Counted from the first letter of the stretch, positions 8,951 to 20,500 are shown. The stretch: 64,000 bases of DNA from an uncultured Verrucomicrobiales bacterium (GCA_937928425.1 CALFVL010000077.1:24448-88447), one strand, 5' to 3'. Notes: a model not told the origin generated them from the letters alone. Translations and numbers: made by a program.

Positions 8951-9332
8951 GGCTGCGCGGAGTCTAAGACGGAATTAGGGTAGAGTCGAGGCAGTGCTTT
9001 TTTCTGGATTCGAGTTAGGGAAATTCGACCCTTCTAGAAGATCGACTTCTTGCCAAGCATCAGTTTAATTAAATGTAACATGACCATTTCTCGGCTCATT
9101 GTTTTTCTTTTTCTCATTTCACCGCTTCTTTTCGCTCAAGCTTCGTCTCCTAGAGAAGTGATCGCACAGAAACGTTCACCTTCTTGGCCGAACTTTGGGG
9201 TCCACCTCACTCTCCAAAGTGAGTTAGCCCTGGCCCCTAAAAAATTTATGTTTATTTACGTTGTGGAATTTTTTTTTTCACCTATTTAGAAGATGTATTA
9301 TAAATCTTTTCCTTTTATTTCCAGTGAAAAAC

Positions 9333-12300
9333 ATGATTAAGTCTTCTTCGTCTTGGAGATTCCGTTATGCGTTTAGGCTTCGTAGATGTCTATTGGGTAT
9401 TTCCTCTTCTCTTTTTTTCCAACATGCAGTCGGCCAAATTGCGTCTGACGATTTTTCTTCTTCGAACCTTTCTGGAGGAACAGGGGGATGGACGACTAAT
9501 TGGACAGAGGGGAATTCGGCTTCTACACTAAACACAAGCGTTGCTGGCGGAGCACTTAGTTTGAACTTTAATGCTGCTAGTGGAAGTGTAGTGGGTGGCG
9601 TGACACGTACTTATGATCCAGCATCTGCGAATCAAGTGGAGATTACTTTTGAAGTGCGACTCAATTCGCTTCATAGTCCTGCCTCTGATTCAGATCCTGG
9701 TATCACAGAAAACCGTTTTGAATTTAGCAGTTCAAACAGATCTGGAAGGGCATTAGTAACTAGACAAGCTGGTTGGTATATCTATGGAGGGCCTTTTTTA
9801 TCTCGTTTAAATAATGGAAGTACTATTGCTAATAGTAACTGGATTTTTCATAACGGACAAAGAAATGGCTCTTTCAATAACGGTGATAGCGGGGAGAATG
9901 ATCTAGTCGACTCTGGAATAGCGCTTAATACCACGGACACTTTTCGCTTTGTGATTCAAGACAATTTAGTCGCTGGAAGTTATGTTGCGACGGTGCAAAA
10001 TCTTTCAACTGGTGCCAGCTATACGAGTCCTGTTTTGGGCTATAGGCGAAGTCCTTTTTCTAATAACCCGAGTTTGGTGTTCGCAGCACGTGCAGATGAT
10101 GCTGGTGATTCTGCCGCTTGGCAAATTAATGGCATATCCATAAACGCATCATCTTCCAGTCCCCCCGTTGTAGCTGCAGATGTTAATAATAACGGTATCC
10201 CTGATTTAATTGAGCTTACTTCTCCTCTCGTTGCCCAGTTCCCGCCTGATGAAGATAGTGATGGAGATGGACAGTCGAACTTGAATGAGGCGATTGCAGG
10301 GACGGATCCTTTCGATGCATCTTCTGCATTTCGAGCGGCTAATTTTGCCTTTACAACGGGAAGTGCTAATGAAGATGTTTCATTTTCTTTCACCTCAGTG
10401 CCTGGTGTGCGTTATGCTGTGGAAAGGTCACTTGATTTGGAGCCTAATTCTTGGGTTAGGGTGACTCCAGAATTTGTAGCTACAAGTACTCTCTCTACGT
10501 TGCTATACGATAAAGCTACCTTACCTGATGTGGTCGAACGTTGTTTTTTCCGTGCTCTTGTTCTTCCTTCTCCTGACACGGATAATGATGGCCTTGAAGA
10601 TGCTCTAGAACTTTTTATTGGGTCTTCAATTGATAGCGAGGCAAGTATACGAAGTGCTTCTCGTGGAGGGGATTTTCAACAATTTGTTAATCTCATGCAG
10701 GGCGCTAACTCTAATGGAGGCTTATTTAATTCTACTGCATTAGGCGTTCCCTCGCGTGAACATGCCGCTCGCTTTCTTAATCAAGCTACTTTTGGGGCGA
10801 ATGACGAAAGAATAGATGCACTTCTTGCTTTCGGTAATAATGCCTACGAAAAATGGATAGATAATCAACTCGCATTGCCTGCTGAGAACTTTGCCAGCCC
10901 CTATATTGACTTGCTTGCAGAGCGTAGGCTGTCAGATTTTAATGGGAACCGCTTTAACATGCCTCATCGAGTCGATTTCCAAAGTGACTTTCTGGTTTAT
11001 CGAGAAAATCTACAGACTGTTTGGACTCGCCTTGCGCTTTTTGGCTCCGATGAATTACGTCAACGTATTGCTTGGGGTTTGAGTCAAATAATGGTGGCAG
11101 GCCCTACTACTGTAGGCCACTCTCGTGCACAAGCTGAATGGTATGACACCTGTATTCGCAATGCTACTGGAAATTTTCGTACCCTGCTGCTTGAAATTGC
11201 TCTCAACCCTTGGATGGGCACCTATCTTTCCCACATTAATAATCGGAAAGCAAATAGTTCGGGAACTCAACTTCCAGATGAAAATTTTGCGCGTGAAATT
11301 ATGCAGTTATTCTCCATTGGGCTCTTTGAACTAAATCAAGATGGAACACGAAGACTCGATAGCGACGGAAACCCTTTTCCTACTTATTCTAACGATGATA
11401 TTACTCAAGTGGCTCGTGTCTTTACTGGGTTAAGAGAGAATCGTAGTGAATTTGGTAGTAACGGTCGGGATTTCCTCTCTACTGCCCCGATGCGCATGGA
11501 TGAGTCTCGTCACGATACGGGGGATGCAGTTTCAGAGAGTATTTATGGTTTTCGCGAAAAACGCTTCCTCCAAGGACCCTTTTATTCTCCAGCACCACTC
11601 CCTGCTTTCGAAGATGAGCCCGGCCGTACTGGTCTCGATGACATTAGAGATACGATTGATATTCTTTTTAATCATCCTAATACTCCTCCTTTTATTTGTA
11701 AGCGCCTTATCCAACATTTTATTACCTCTAATCCTTCTCCAGCTTATGTTGAGCGTATAGCTAATGTTTTTGTTGATAATGGATCTGGTGTGCGTGGAGA
11801 CCTTGCTGCTGTCGTCAAAGCTATTCTTTTAGATGAAGAAGCGCGGAGTGCCTCTTTTATGCTTGCTGATAATAGTGGACGCCTTAAGGGCCCTATGTTG
11901 CGTTTGATGATTGTTGGAAGAGCTTTAGGTGTGGGAGCTAGCACTCCTGACATTAATACTCTTGATGGTATTCAGGCTTGGCGCCCGTCTCTGCATGAGT
12001 TGCAAGAAGATTTTAAGCAGGGACCGCATACGTATCCCTCAGTATTTAATTTTTATCGCCCAGAATATGCTCATCCTGGGGAAATTTTAAGAGAAGGACT
12101 TCTTAGTCCAGAATTTGAAATTTTAGATTCAGCTTCCGCCATTACTTTGCCAAATCGTATATGGTCGTATTTCCTTGGTGGCCGGTTACATGATCCTCAA
12201 AGCTCTGCTGCTGCTGCCAGTGCTCCGACTACGTTTTTTGAATTCTCGCGGTTTTTCTCGGTCGCAGATGATACAGGAGCATTACTTGATAGTCTTAATA

Positions 12301-12458
12301 TAATTTATTGCCAAGGTCGTATGAAAGCGGAAACACGTCGTCTGATTGGCGAAGCAATTGATACCGCGCATCCTCCTATAAGCAGTAACCGTAGAGATCG
12401 AGTACGCCTCGCAACATACCTTACCGTGATTAGCCATGATGGAGCTATTATTAAGTAG
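9333..12458 (+). CDS. DUF1800-family protein with ~500-aa N-terminal extension (beta-sandwich/lectin-like region plus acidic Ca-binding-type repeats)
   Basis: The track ORF opens at TTG 9261; the first in-frame ATG is 9333 (MIKSSSSWRFRY..., signal-like). The C-terminal half has DUF1800 signatures HAARFLNQATFGAN, YLSHINNRKA, ENFAREIMQLFSIGL, DDITQVARVFTGL and ESRHDTGD. The N-terminal half contains DEDSDGDGQSNLNEAIAGTDPFD and DTDNDGLEDALE repeats. Confidence 0.75.
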   Translation: MIKSSSSWRFRYAFRLRRCLLGISSSLFFQHAVGQIASDDFSSSNLSGGTGGWTTNWTEGNSASTLNTSVAGGALSLNFNAASGSVVGGVTRTYDPASANQVEITFEVRLNSLHSPASDSDPGITENRFEFSSSNRSGRALVTRQAGWYIYGGPFLSRLNNGSTIANSNWIFHNGQRNGSFNNGDSGENDLVDSGIALNTTDTFRFVIQDNLVAGSYVATVQNLSTGASYTSPVLGYRRSPFSNNPSLVFAARADDAGDSAAWQINGISINASSSSPPVVAADVNNNGIPDLIELTSPLVAQFPPDEDSDGDGQSNLNEAIAGTDPFDASSAFRAANFAFTTGSANEDVSFSFTSVPGVRYAVERSLDLEPNSWVRVTPEFVATSTLSTLLYDKATLPDVVERCFFRALVLPSPDTDNDGLEDALELFIGSSIDSEASIRSASRGGDFQQFVNLMQGANSNGGLFNSTALGVPSREHAARFLNQATFGANDERIDALLAFGNNAYEKWIDNQLALPAENFASPYIDLLAERRLSDFNGNRFNMPHRVDFQSDFLVYRENLQTVWTRLALFGSDELRQRIAWGLSQIMVAGPTTVGHSRAQAEWYDTCIRNATGNFRTLLLEIALNPWMGTYLSHINNRKANSSGTQLPDENFAREIMQLFSIGLFELNQDGTRRLDSDGNPFPTYSNDDITQVARVFTGLRENRSEFGSNGRDFLSTAPMRMDESRHDTGDAVSESIYGFREKRFLQGPFYSPAPLPAFEDEPGRTGLDDIRDTIDILFNHPNTPPFICKRLIQHFITSNPSPAYVERIANVFVDNGSGVRGDLAAVVKAILLDEEARSASFMLADNSGRLKGPMLRLMIVGRALGVGASTPDINTLDGIQAWRPSLHELQEDFKQGPHTYPSVFNFYRPEYAHPGEILREGLLSPEFEILDSASAITLPNRIWSYFLGGRLHDPQSSAAAASAPTTFFEFSRFFSVADDTGALLDSLNIIYCQGRMKAETRRLIGEAIDTAHPPISSNRRDRVRLATYLTVISHDGAIIK

Positions 12459-12476
12459 AATAAATTAACTAACCAT

Positions 12477-13889
12477 TTGTTATCTGTGAAACGTCGTCAA
12501 TTTTTAGGGCATGCCAATTGTGCCGCATTAGGGTCATTAACTACTGTTAATACATTACTGAATCTTAGGCTTCTCAATAATGCGATTGCCGCCACCCCGA
12601 ATCCTAATGATTACCGCGCCCTTGTAGTGGTTATCTTAGAGGGGGGGAATGATTCTTATAATATGCTCGTGCCTACTGAGTCTAGTGAATACGCTAACTA
12701 TGCAGCAGTAAGAAGTAACCTTGCCTTACCTGCTCCAGATCCGTCAAATAACGACGCTCTCCTTCCTCTTGCAGTGCAAAACACACCTGGGCGTACTTTT
12801 GGACTGCATTCTGCAATGCCGAATTTAAGGGATCGCTTCAACGAGGGGAATGCAGCTTTTCTTGCTAATGTGGGAACTCTTGTAGAGCCTGCTACTATAG
12901 CAGAATTTAGAAGTGGTAACATACGTCGCCCGCGTGCTCTTTTTTCTCATTCAGATCAGACAGAAATTTGGGCTACCTCTAGCCCTTTGGACGCTAGTGG
13001 TACAGGCTGGGCAGGAAGATTGGCAGATAATGTAATGTCTGTAAATCCTTCTAACACTGTTTCAATGAACATTTCTACAGATGGGAATAACTTCACTCTT
13101 GTAGGTGATAGCGCTTTTTCATACGCGCTTAACAATAGTGGTGCTCCTGCTCTTCGTGACAATGGTGCGACACTCCCTAGTCGCGTACGGGTTAGCACCA
13201 CACGCTCTTTGGCTGAATTACAACAGCGTGAGCTTCTACATCGTGCATTTAATAATGAAAATCGCCGTGCATTTGAAACTTCGAACCTTTTTAATAATGC
13301 AACTGCTGGAGTTAACCTAGGTGTTAATTTTGGTAACAGTGATCTCAGTCAGCGATTAAGAAATGTTGCCCGCACCATTGCAGCGCGCTCAGCCCTTGGT
13401 CATAACCGTCAAATTTTTGCAGTGCCTACTGGTGGGTTCGATTCTCATCCTGAATTACTCAACAGCCACCGCGGTCTTCTCAGGGATGTCGATAATAGTT
13501 TGAATTCTTTTTGGCAAGCACTGGGGAATTTAGGGCGACGTGACGATGTTACAGTGATTACTGTCTCCGAATTTGGCCGCACCTTGCGCTCAAATGGGCA
13601 AGGTACAGACCATGCATGGGGCGGCCATAGCTTTATGCTTGGCGGCGCGGTGAATGGAGGCCGGATCTATGGAAATTATCCAGATGAGTCTGAATTGTCC
13701 TTAGGCAACGGAATTGACATAGGAAATGGCAACGGGCGTTTACTTCCCTCGACTTCGGTGGATCAATACTATGCGGAAGCAGCCCTATGGATGGGACTTC
13801 CTCCAGGTGACTTAGATAACGTATTACCAAATTTAAACCGTTTCTATAGTTACTCACCAAGTACGGCTCCTCTTGGCTACCTTCTGTAG
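12477..13889 (+). CDS. DUF1501-family protein (sulfatase-like fold) with twin-arginine signal
   Basis: 470 aa. Has the KRRQFLGH Tat motif; the start is TTG 12477 or GTG 12486. Contains VVVILEGGNDSYNMLVP, FSHSDQ and VITVSEFGRTLRSNGQGTDHAWGG...GGAVNGGRIYG, all typical of DUF1501. Confidence 0.8.
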   Translation: MLSVKRRQFLGHANCAALGSLTTVNTLLNLRLLNNAIAATPNPNDYRALVVVILEGGNDSYNMLVPTESSEYANYAAVRSNLALPAPDPSNNDALLPLAVQNTPGRTFGLHSAMPNLRDRFNEGNAAFLANVGTLVEPATIAEFRSGNIRRPRALFSHSDQTEIWATSSPLDASGTGWAGRLADNVMSVNPSNTVSMNISTDGNNFTLVGDSAFSYALNNSGAPALRDNGATLPSRVRVSTTRSLAELQQRELLHRAFNNENRRAFETSNLFNNATAGVNLGVNFGNSDLSQRLRNVARTIAARSALGHNRQIFAVPTGGFDSHPELLNSHRGLLRDVDNSLNSFWQALGNLGRRDDVTVITVSEFGRTLRSNGQGTDHAWGGHSFMLGGAVNGGRIYGNYPDESELSLGNGIDIGNGNGRLLPSTSVDQYYAEAALWMGLPPGDLDNVLPNLNRFYSYSPSTAPLGYLL

Positions 13890-13899
13890 TCTGAGTACA

Positions 13900-14442
13900 A
13901 TGAAACGAGCCTCGTTTATTATAGCTCTCTGCGGATTAGGAGGACTTTTTTGTGCACACTACTTCTTCCAAGAGAGTGATAAAGAGAAAGAAGATTCGGC
14001 TTACAACAAGGAAGTGGAATTAGCTGAGAAGCCAAAAGCTCGATACATAGCACGAAACGAAGAGCTTATTCCTGAATACGACGGAGATAATCCTGCTATG
14101 TCTTATTTTCTTAGGGATTATGCCTCACCAAGCCTTTCACCAACAAATGATCTTATTCTCCTAGATGCTTTACTTGGTGCATTTAGAACTTCTATGAACG
14201 GACCAGGAAGTATTCCTACTGACGGCAATGCGGAAATCGTCCGTGCCCTACAAGGTGATAACCCATTCCAAGAAGTGTACTTGCCCTCTGTTCATCCTTA
14301 TATTAGCGATAATGGAGTCCTGTTGGACCGTTGGAAGCAGCCCATTTTTTTTCATTTTAATAGAGGTGAGCACCCTGATCTTCGTTCAGCAGGCCCAGAT
14401 CAGAAGCTTTGGACAGATGATGATATTTTGATTAAGCAGTAG
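13900..14442 (+). CDS. Membrane-anchored hypothetical protein with GspG-like (type II pseudopilin) C-terminal motif
   Basis: ATG at 13900 gives MKRASFIIALCGLGGLFCAHYFF (a single TM). The C-terminus LLDRWKQPIFFHFNRGEHPDLRSAGPDQKLWTDDDI resembles the D-x-WG-x-P...S-x-G-x-DG...T-x-DDI tail of GspG-type pseudopilins. No G-F-T-L-I-E prepilin motif is present. Confidence 0.45.
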   Translation: MKRASFIIALCGLGGLFCAHYFFQESDKEKEDSAYNKEVELAEKPKARYIARNEELIPEYDGDNPAMSYFLRDYASPSLSPTNDLILLDALLGAFRTSMNGPGSIPTDGNAEIVRALQGDNPFQEVYLPSVHPYISDNGVLLDRWKQPIFFHFNRGEHPDLRSAGPDQKLWTDDDILIKQ

Positions 14443-14502
14443 TGGCCTGACCCCCGCATTTTAGAACTGTCTAAAATGCGGGGCCAGGCCAGGTCTTTTT
14501 TT
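14443..14502 (+). terminator. Rho-independent terminator
   Basis: Perfect 13-bp stem ccccgcattttag (14452-14464) / ctaaaatgcgggg (14471-14483) with a 6-nt loop. Extended by tggcctg (14443-14449) / caggcca (14485-14491). A T7 run follows at 14496-14502. Confidence 0.8.
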
Positions 14503-14551
14503 GAGATTCTTTTGATCTGGTCAGGGCTTTGAGAGATGGCATGCTTTGCGG

Positions 14552-17500
14552 ATGAAAATTGTCGGTTTACGATGGGGGATTTTGTTGGCGATTTTTCTTT
14601 TAGGGGCTTCTGCTTTGGGATTAGCGGAGGAAGTTGAAGTGTCTGAGGAGCCGAATGAGAAGGCGGCGCGCTATCATTCATTGTTATTAAAGCGGCCAGG
14701 GAATGCGACGGTCTTTGGACGTTTTGTCGATGCATGGTTAGACTCGGGAACTAAGGAGGGCTTGAAAAATTGGTTACGAAGTGGAGCGGAGGAGGGAGCG
14801 GCTGCAGAGTGGCGAGTTCTGGGTGCTTTACACCAGTATTTAGGAGAGGATGAGGAGGCTCTGAAGGCTCTGAATGAGGCGGTGCAGAGGGATGGCAAGA
14901 GTGGGGAGCTACGCTTAGCCCGTGCTAAGTTACAGGCGCGTTTGCTGGCCTTTGAGGCAGCTTTGAAGGATTTAGAGCTGGCGCTGAAGGATGAAAAGAT
15001 GGCGATAGAGGCTGCTAAGTTGAAAGGGATGTATCTGGCGCGGTCCGGACAGGTGGAGGAGGCGGTGAAGGCGTGGAAGGGGGTGATCACAGCTTATCCT
15101 AAGGATGAAAACTTGCGGGAAGATTTGATCGAGGTGGAGGTGATGGAGGGACTTTATGAGGATGCGATCGAGACCTCGCGTGATCTGGTGAAGATGACGA
15201 AAGATCCCTATAAAAAAGCGCTGCGTAGATTGAGACTGGGTGACATAGAAGTTCTAGCAGGAGAACGTGAAGCGGGCTTACGGACTTATGAGGCGATTTT
15301 GTCAGCGAGTGGAGAGGGGACGTGGTTAGAGCGAGAAGTCTTAGCACAGGTGGAGCGGGTGTTTTTAAAGGAGGATGATCTTAAGGGACTGCGCGACTTT
15401 TATCAGAGCCTGCGTGAGAAGCATCCACAGCGAGTTTCGATTAGAAAGGTCTTGGCACGGCAAATGGCTCTGAATGATGAGATGGAGGAGGCGATCGCAC
15501 TCTTTCGAGAGGTGATGAGAATCACCCCTGGAGATCTAGGGAATCGTGAGGAGTTTGTGGCTTTTTTAGAAACTCACGAAAGGTGGGAGGAGGCTAAAGA
15601 GGAGTTGGAGCTGCTGCTAGGCAAAGAGAAGGGAGATGCGGTTTTATGGGAACGGCTTTCGCGAGTGGAGGCGAAATTAGGCAATGAGGAGGGGTTGAAA
15701 GTAGCATTAGAAAAGCTGACGGAACTGAAAAGCGGGACGGCGGAGGGGGTGTTGGCGAGCGCAAATTTATATGAACAGGCGGAGCTTAAAGTGGAGGCTG
15801 AGGCGATTTTACGAGCGGGGCGGGAGCGTTTCTCAGAATCCCTCGAGCTGGCAGAAGGCTTGGCGATCTTTTTAATTCAAAATAACAAGGAGCTGGAGGC
15901 GTTAGAAATTTGGAAGAGGTTGGCTGAGGGAGCGGATCGAGAAGGTCTTCTCCGCGTGGCGAGATCTCTGAGCGGGCAGGGTAAAGTGGAGCTTGCTTTT
16001 GAGCTGCTGAGCAAGCGAGTGGGAGAATTTGAAAACGATTCGCTGGTCTTAGCGCAGTATTGTAAATTGGCGAACTCAGAGGAGGAGGCGACCAGAGCAA
16101 TTCCACAAGGGATCGCTCTGGTGAACGAGGCGGCTAGTGCGAGTGAATTGGAAACGGCGGTGAGGACGGTCTTACGCTTGGTGGCGCGGTCGGGGCAGGG
16201 GGAGGAAGTCAGTAAAAATCTGGCTAAGGACAAGGCAGCAAGTGTGGCGAGTCTGTGCCTTCTTTCTGCGATTTATCAGGAGCAGGGGGATTCTCGGAAG
16301 GCGTCCGAGACTCTTGAGAGGGCGGCAAGTCAGGATGGGGGGATTTTGGCCCGTTTTTACCGAGTGAGTTTCGAGGAGGAGCGGGGGGAGATTCAGGAGG
16401 CAATCAAGGTGATGCGCGAAATTATCGAGACGTCAGAGGGACGTAAGACGGTGCATCTCCGTCGACTTGTCGATCTTTTGGAATGGTCTGGTGATTATGA
16501 GAAGGCGCTAGTGGCAGTGGATGAGTGGAAGCGAATGGCGCCCGGAGATCATGCAGCATGGAAGCGGAGGGCGAAACTTTTACAGGCGAGTGGGAAGTCC
16601 GAGGCGGCTGTGATGGAGTTGCGGAGGATGATTGGGAAATTTGGGGCGGAGGAGCAATATCGGGCAGAGTTAGCTGGGGCCTTACTACTCGCAGCGGAGT
16701 TTACCCAAGCGCAGCGAATTTATGAGCAACTGTATTCGGAATCAGAAAATTTAGAGACGAAGTTAAAGTGGGCTAGCGAGATGGCCCAACTGGCAAGGAG
16801 GGAGGGACGCTTGGAGGATCTCTTAGAGGACTTTGAGGGGCGGAAGCGGAGTAATCCGAGTTCAGTGGCACCGGTGTTAGCGATTGCGGAGATCCACCGA
16901 GTGCTCGATCAATATGAGGAGAGGCGTTCTGCTTTATTAGAAGCGTCCCGTCGCCGCCCAGAAGATACACAGCTCCTTGCCCGTATTGCCGAGGTCGAGG
17001 AGAGGGCAGGGGAGTTCGACCGGGCAGTCGGGATATTACGAGATGCGGTGAAGCTGGACAAGACGGTGGAGTCGAAAAAGCGACTTTCTAAACTCTTATT
17101 TAAGACAGGAGAAGTCCAAGCGGGGCTGGATCTGCTGAATGAGATGCCGACCGTATTAAATGATCCACGAGGTCTGGAGGAGGTCGTCCAAGCTCTGATC
17201 AGAGCGGAAGAAGGAGGGCAGGCGCTTAGGGTGTTAGAAAGGTATTCAGATCAGCATCTTGCTGACTGGAGGCTGAGGTATCTTTATGGAATTGCTTTAG
17301 ACTTGGATGGGCAAGATGGGGCGGCTTTGGAAATTTTCACGGAATTATTACGAGGCGGAGATGAGATTAGGGGGCTAAAGCCGCTACTTCCTCCGGTGAA
17401 AGGGAATCAAAATTTGGGGCCATGGAAGGTGATTTTTGATGCGAATGGTTGGAGTGAACTCATCTACTACCAACGCTTTATCGCGACGAGAGCTTCGGCA

Positions 17501-20500
17501 CAAAGTGGCCGGTCTGCTGCGGTTCAGATCGCACTTCCTGGGACTCCGAGAGAGCTCCAAATACTCAGTTTATTACAAGCTGGAAAAGTCCTGAATGGTT
17601 TAACTGAAGGGGAGAAAAAAGAAGGTAGGAGTCTGATCTCTCTACCGGGGATCAAGGAGGTGGAGCTGCTGACCGCGCTGATGTCAGGGGAGCAGGCACT
17701 TGCGGCGCAAATGCTTAAGAAGAGGCTAGAAGAGAGTCCAGATGATCCGGGCTTGTTCACGCTGAGCCTTCTTTACAAGGGAGAGTCAGGAGGAATTAGT
17801 TTAGAAGATTTTGAGAAGGCGAAGTCTCTTCTCTTGGCCGATTACCCTGGGGCCTTCGGGGTGATTGCCTTCACTGCGATGCAGAACACGGAGCTTTCCG
17901 CAGAAATGATCGCCGAGGTGTTAGGAAAATCGGTAGAAAGTTTAGATCAGGAAGAAGGAGGCGAGCTCATGGAACTGATGTCATCTTATGTGTTTTCTGG
18001 CTTCGGGTACCGAGTGAACAATGGGAACGATCTGGATCCGTTAAAAGATCTTATGAGTGGATGGGTAATTAAAGCTTCTAAACGCTCAAAGAACTGGAGG
18101 TGGATGCCGAGGGTGGTTCCTCATCTACTCGCGGGACAGAAAAATGATGAAGTGATTTTATTGATCAACCGTTTCTGTGAATGGGAGAAGCAGGATAGGG
18201 AGAGTCGTCAGGTGGGAAGAAGTTCCAATCAGTATGGCTTTGGAGGAACCAGTCCAAGGGGGCGTTATCTGGTCAATCCTGCCTTCCCTCCTCCTTCACT
18301 TAAGGGGGTCCCACGGTCTTTTCTCTCACTTTTCCCAATCAAGGCCCGGAAGACTGGGGAGGAGAGTGGAGGTGCGGAACGCCAGAAATTACTGGCACAG
18401 TTACAACTGGAGAATGAAGGGGGAGGAGGACTGGGTGAGAACTTGAGTGCGAGGATTCCGGAGATTGAGAATCTGGCGCTAAGGGCACTGGCCTACTTGT
18501 CACTAGGCAAAGAAGAAGAGGGCGCGAAATTGATCGAAGGAATGTTAGAGTCCCGGGAGGAGAGTTTACTGCTTTTCTGTGCAGGTTATTTTTCTGACCG
18601 AGAAGATCCACGGGCTTACGAGGCACTTTTAAGGGCACGAAATTTATCCCTCTCGCGCGAGCTTAGAAAACAAGTAGATGGTCACCTTGCGATGTTAGGG
18701 AGTTCGCTTGCGGGGCGCAAAGATCTGGAGATCGATTTAGAGCCTGCACAGCGAGCGGCCTTAAGGTTGAGAAGAGTAGCGAGCTTTGAAGAAAGAGATG
18801 AGCTGGCGGATACCTTAGTAAAACTCGGGCTCAAGAATGAGGCTCAACGTCTTAGCTCAGCTCCTAAATCTCCGCCTACGAGAGCGATTCCAGGAGGGAC
18901 AGGAAGTAAGAGACAAGTGCGGGAACGGATTACGGAGTTACATAAAGCGGGGAATCTGGATGGGGCAGCACGAGAAGCTGCTAAGCAGTTCCGGATCCTT
19001 AGTTCCCAGCGAGGGAACGACTGGGAACTAAGACAATTAGCGGAAAAACTTACGACTAGGGAGTTAAAGGAGGAGACTTTGAAAAAACTCGATCCGGGGG
19101 AATCGGAAAGTCGCAAGCGGATCTTAGAATTTGCACGCGCCCAAGAAATCTTCGGAACGAGGGAGAAAGCACGAAAGTCCTTTGAGAAAATTTTGGCAAA
19201 GGATGCTGATCACATCGAGGCACTCGTGGGGGCGATCAGGAACACTCCTTTCAGCGAGCTTGATGAGAGCCGTATTATTATTAGGAAAGACGGTAAGATT
19301 GACGTCGAGGCTTCAGGGGAAGTGTTCGGGAATTTATGGGAGAATGCGGGGAGTTCCGAGCTTGGTTTAGAGCATTACTTACAAGTTTGTGAACTCACGG
19401 CCCTCTTTTTAGAAAGGCTTCCACCGTCAGAGGAGGCGGACCGAAACCTTTCTTGGGTCCCATACCATATTTTAGATTTCGCAAAAGAGCGTTACCTTGG
19501 AAATAAAAATCTTAGTCCCTTAGTAGCTAGAGGAGAGCGAAATAGTTACGGGCGTGAGCAGGATGAAGAGGCGAGTCAAAAGAGAAATGATGCTGCGAGG
19601 GCCGTCTTTTTAAAAATGATCAAGCACCCGCAGATTGCAGAACAAGGTTTCATGCTCCTAGAGGCTTCTAAAGAGAGCCTAAATTTAGGTGATGATGAGT
19701 TAGTGCAAATCGCTCAGACAGTCGTTGAGAAAATCGTCCAAAAAGAGAAGATGAGTGAGCGCATTAGCTCGCGTGATCTCTGGGCAAAGTATTACAGAGG
19801 TGGATCCATTCATTCTGAAGATTTAGCTTACGCTAAAGATCCTATCACTTGGTTGCTTTCTTACGATGCGAAGAAGCAAGTTGGGGCTCTGACTCCCGAG
19901 ATATTCGAGAAGCTCAAGAAGCATGACTCGGCGCTTATGGAGTCGCTTGGGCAGGCTCGTAAAATAGCGGAAGCACAGGGAAGTGAGGCCGAGAGACTCT
20001 ATCTAGAGTGGAAAGAGGGACTACCTGAACAGAAGGTGAAGGATGCAGTCACTTTGGCAAAAATGCTTCTGTTATTTTCCCCAGAAGATGGGGCATGGGC
20101 GGACGATTTAGAGAGTCTCTTGTTGAGTCCTAAGAGTCCTGCTGGAATCTATAACCTTAGTCAAGATAATGAAACTGGCCCTCAACTCATCATGGAATGG
20201 GCTAAGTGGCGTCTTGAGACTGGGGGGGCTGTGGCCTGTGATAAATTTCTCCTAAGAGTTTACGAGAGTGCCTTTGGCCCGAGTGAGAAATGGGGGATTT
20301 TAGCTCAGTTAGGAGAAGACTCACTTCCTCAAAAGTATAAGCAAGCCTCTTACAGTATTCATAAAGTAAATCATCTTCTTCTTACCCATCCGGGGCTGGT
20401 AAGACCCGCTCTGTTATTTTTATCAAAATACCCTCTGCGAGACTTCGTCTATCAATTGGAGGATGCCATTACTGAGGCGTGGTCACCCAGCTATGCGAGC

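Larger units (their letters stand above)
9040..14502. other. Low-GC compositional island (three co-directional genes, terminator at the 3' end)
   Basis: Hand counts of 60-nt lines give 30-47% GC inside (lines 9061, 10021, 10501, 11281, 12001, 13261, 13981). Flanking genes give 53-58% (lines 8701, 8951, 15001, 16201). Confidence 0.5.

Noticed and set aside
8990-14530. Possible direct repeats / att-like sites flanking the low-GC island (cttttttctggatt near 8996 versus ctttttttgagatt near 14495)
   Set aside because: The similarity is only a T-run plus a few bases, and the right-hand copy is simply the terminator U-tract. No integrase, tRNA or clear duplicated core was found, so I cannot support a mobile-element call.
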